64,000 bases of DNA from Tubiluchus corallicola (taxonomy: Eukaryota; Animalia; Priapulida), in the NCBI GenBank assembly GCA_030141605.1, contig JAQGDQ010000073.1, positions 1 through 64,000 on the forward strand, written 5' to 3'. The translations under genes and the position numbers were made by a program. The notes under the pieces are model-generated. The model was not told where the DNA came from and did not search any database. It saw nothing but the letters and a program-made list of their open reading frames with translations. This document shows, in pieces, positions 61,048 to 64,000 of the stretch; position 1 is the stretch's first letter; the number at the start of each line of letters is the position of its first letter.

Positions 61048-63727
61048 CTACACTGGTGCTTCACTAACAGCATCATTTCGAAACCCAGTAACTGCTACTG
61101 TAAACTGAGAAGGAACTTCGTTACCGTCTCCTTTTATTATTGGCTTATCATATACATGTCTTTCATCGGGTGAACCGATTGGGAGCTTGCAGTATCCCTT
61201 TGTGCCCGGTGTCCATGATGACCTAAACGTACTTTGCTTAGAAATATCGTTATTTGGAAGTGGTTCCTTTTCACTGATGCGGTGCTTGCCAAATGTCAAA
61301 CCTGCTGTATGTTCATTCACACGGTCACTGTCTAGACGTATTGGCTTCCTGTATCCGAGTCGGTCGTACTCGGTAAACGATTCCGGCTGAAAGTGAATGA
61401 CAGGCTCTTTTAAAGTGTGATCACCGACTGACAATTTTTGGTAATTACTTTTCCAAGGTGGTGCACTACTTTCAGGCAGGACACCAAATGGAGACAAGCC
61501 TGTGTTAATGTCCCCGTCACCAGTGAAACGTCCATCTTCGTGGTTATGAAACTGCACAACAATTTCACCATAACCTGACACTGGACGAGAGGAAGTCTGT
61601 GCTGAAGATCCCGCACTGCTGGAGATCTCAGAAACAGGTCGTAAGTGGTCCAAGGGCTCTCTTGTGTGAAGAGGAACCTCATCATCTGAGTGAGTGTGCA
61701 CATGATCGCCGCCGTGGTAGTATCTACACGTCATAAAGAAACACAATAATTTAATTTACATGTACATCACAAACTAAATTAAATGTAATTATTCATGCAG
61801 AATTAATAAACTTTTCTGAAAACTACTCTACGCAAAGAAGACGATGTATGAGCAACTTGACTTTGCTTATTTTGTGTTACATTACTTAGCATTCAGAATA
61901 CTCCCATTTTGTTTCCTCTGGTGATTGTGATTAAAATTATGATACTAAAGTTGCACTGACCAACAAATAATCATTTAGCGTACAATATTTGACGAAAGAT
62001 CTTAAGCTAGTTCCAAATGAATATTTGTTATGCAGTTAGCGAAGACAGCTTAAAAACATCTATCCAGATATGGAATATTTTGAAAAGTTTGCAAGCAACA
62101 GTTATGAAAACAATTTTTGCTCATTATGCAAAGATGCCACAAATATTACACGGTTAACTATGATAGTTGTTAAAATTTTTCAAGAAAGGAAGATTCACCT
62201 GTCAGCGACTACATGAGCCGAGTTATCTACCCAGTAAGGATTCTCCGTAATTTCTATCTTTTCTCGCTTAGCGCAGCAGCAGCAACAGGTGTATTGTTTA
62301 TCTTTTTGATACAATGGCCGTGTTCCGATGTAGCTCAGCAGTAAACACATAAGAAGCTCACAGACACGCGAAGCTAGCTGATAGCCCCACCAGGTCCACG
62401 GTTCAGGATCCCCACTGTCAACAGCGTACACAAGAACAATTGAAATAGTCTGCAACCCAGCACAAAACAAGCCAAACACAGCTGCCAAGATAGTTACGAT
62501 AACGGCTCGACTTAACCTCACACTTGCTCCTCTCTTGATAGTTTGTACACCAGAAATAGTCACTTCAGTAAAACTGTGTCTTTTTATCTGTTTTTGCCTC
62601 ACAAGGGCAGCACCATGTAATCGGGCAAACAATGCTAAATATGCCAGAGTTAAGGCAACTGACCACACAACGTAGACTACTTGGCAGACAAAAAGTAACA
62701 CAACAGCAGTCGAAAGATATCCTACTAAAAAGTCAGTAGACAGCACCAGCAAGAAATGTAACAGAATTGTCACAACAAGCACAGGAACATTCAATACTGA
62801 TGTCATAACTGACATGCGCGTAGTCCGCAACAATGCTAAAAACAAAATGCTAAAAGCTGAAGTCAAACAAGGAAATGATATACTCATACAGTAATAAGAC
62901 AACCACGCTGGTAGTTTGCCTTCCACATTGTATGCGTCAAACAACAGATAAAACGTCCTTGAGGCACCAAATATGAATAGTATCACATTTAACGAAATGA
63001 AATAACCTCGTCCAATTACAAACAATCGTCGGATAAGGCAAATGCTGTAGAGCGAATAAAGTGCTAATAATGCAAATAATGCACCAGTTATATATATATG
63101 CAAATACCATCCTATACTCCATACTTTCATAGCCTCTTCCCAATCAGGAGTCGGCTCTGCAAATGCTGCATCTAGGAAAGGATTTCCACCGGGCGTCGGT
63201 GATGTTTCTGGTTCTGGTTCAGCTGGCGATGGCTGTGGCTCTGTAAAGACATCCGGATCAATGTCTGTGTTGGTGATGCCATCGGTGTGTGTTTCAGAAT
63301 CCCTCTCAGCTGTTGTCGTTTCCCGAGTCTTTCTCTGGCTTGTTTTTGTTTCTCCAGTGCTAGAGTATTCCGTCTCGGTTGTAGTGCCATAGGATTCTAT
63401 TGTTAAATTTTTGTTGGTAAAGAAACCCGAGGAGCTAAATGTAGTGTTTTTATTTTCAATATTAGTCTGCACAGTATTCACATCAGTAACATCAAGTATG
63501 GTAGTGTTAACTGAACTATCTCCTTTGCTGTTTGCAGATATATTATCAATAATTATTTGAGTACTAGTCAGATCTTCTTCAATTTCCTGAGTAGTTTTAT
63601 CCCTGCCAAGAGCATCACGTCCAGAATCCACCTTTTCTTTTGCATGAGTATCAATCTTCCTCTCATGTTTGCTCTCCACGCAGATAAATATTGCTAACAG
63701 GTAAATAAGGTGGAAATTTACAGCCAT
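61048..63727 (-). CDS. PRRT3/PRRT4-family 7-transmembrane protein, exons 63727-62199 and 61723-61048, ~734 aa
   Basis: Signal peptide, T/S-rich ectodomain, and AEPEP...FAEPTPDWEEA..VWSIGWYLHIYITGALF (family-type motif). Seven hydrophobic segments, a CCCCC cluster after TM7 and a long cytoplasmic tail. Donor GACAG|gtgaat and acceptor tgtag|A join in phase 2. Confidence 0.8.
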
Positions 63728-64000
63728 AATTAATGGAATTAACGACAGCTATTAAAAATGGAAGCAAGCGTACACTTATAGTAACGCAATTAGTAACAAA
63801 ATATGTTTGTGATTTTCGGCCATTAGGTTTTAACTGAAGAATTCAATGAATGTAGAACATAGCTTTCATTACATGCCAGTTCTGAAGCCAAGTTCATATT
63901 ATCCAAAGCACCACAAACTCTAGCAGCATAACACTGCAATAATTAACAACCTCTGCATCCATGGTATAAAATCTGCACGTCATGTTTGCACGAAAAGCGG

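Overview
AT-rich eukaryotic (invertebrate animal) genomic DNA with GT-AG spliceosomal introns. There are no prokaryotic features and no CRISPR array. Five host genes can be assembled by hand. (1) TBC1D1/TBC1D4-like Rab-GAP (+, 6603-10106) with an intronless CDS. (2) A BRCA1 orthologue (-, 36723-14283) with 14 coding exons and about 3,921 aa, roughly twice human BRCA1; it has a RING domain, a PALB2-type coiled coil and tandem BRCT domains, and two giant exons of 6.5 and 3.9 kb. (3) SH3RF/POSH (+, 41599-45259; RING plus 4 SH3; 2 coding exons), head-to-head with BRCA1. (4) LTV1 (-, 58022-48821; 8 coding exons). (5) A PRRT3/4-like 7-TM protein (-, 63727-61048). Mobile DNA includes a 3'-truncated PHD-endonuclease LINE ORF flanked by an imperfect inverted-repeat pair, a 5'-truncated RTE LINE with a target-site duplication, a decayed CR1 RT fragment, tRNA-derived SINEs, several MITE/hAT-like elements and tandem repeats. 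The most unusual signal is an inverted ~95-bp copy of the end of BRCA1's start-codon exon and its splice donor, lying ~720 bp upstream, which could fold back onto that donor in the pre-mRNA. All exon boundaries were inferred manually from splice signals and reading-frame continuity; no database searches were run.
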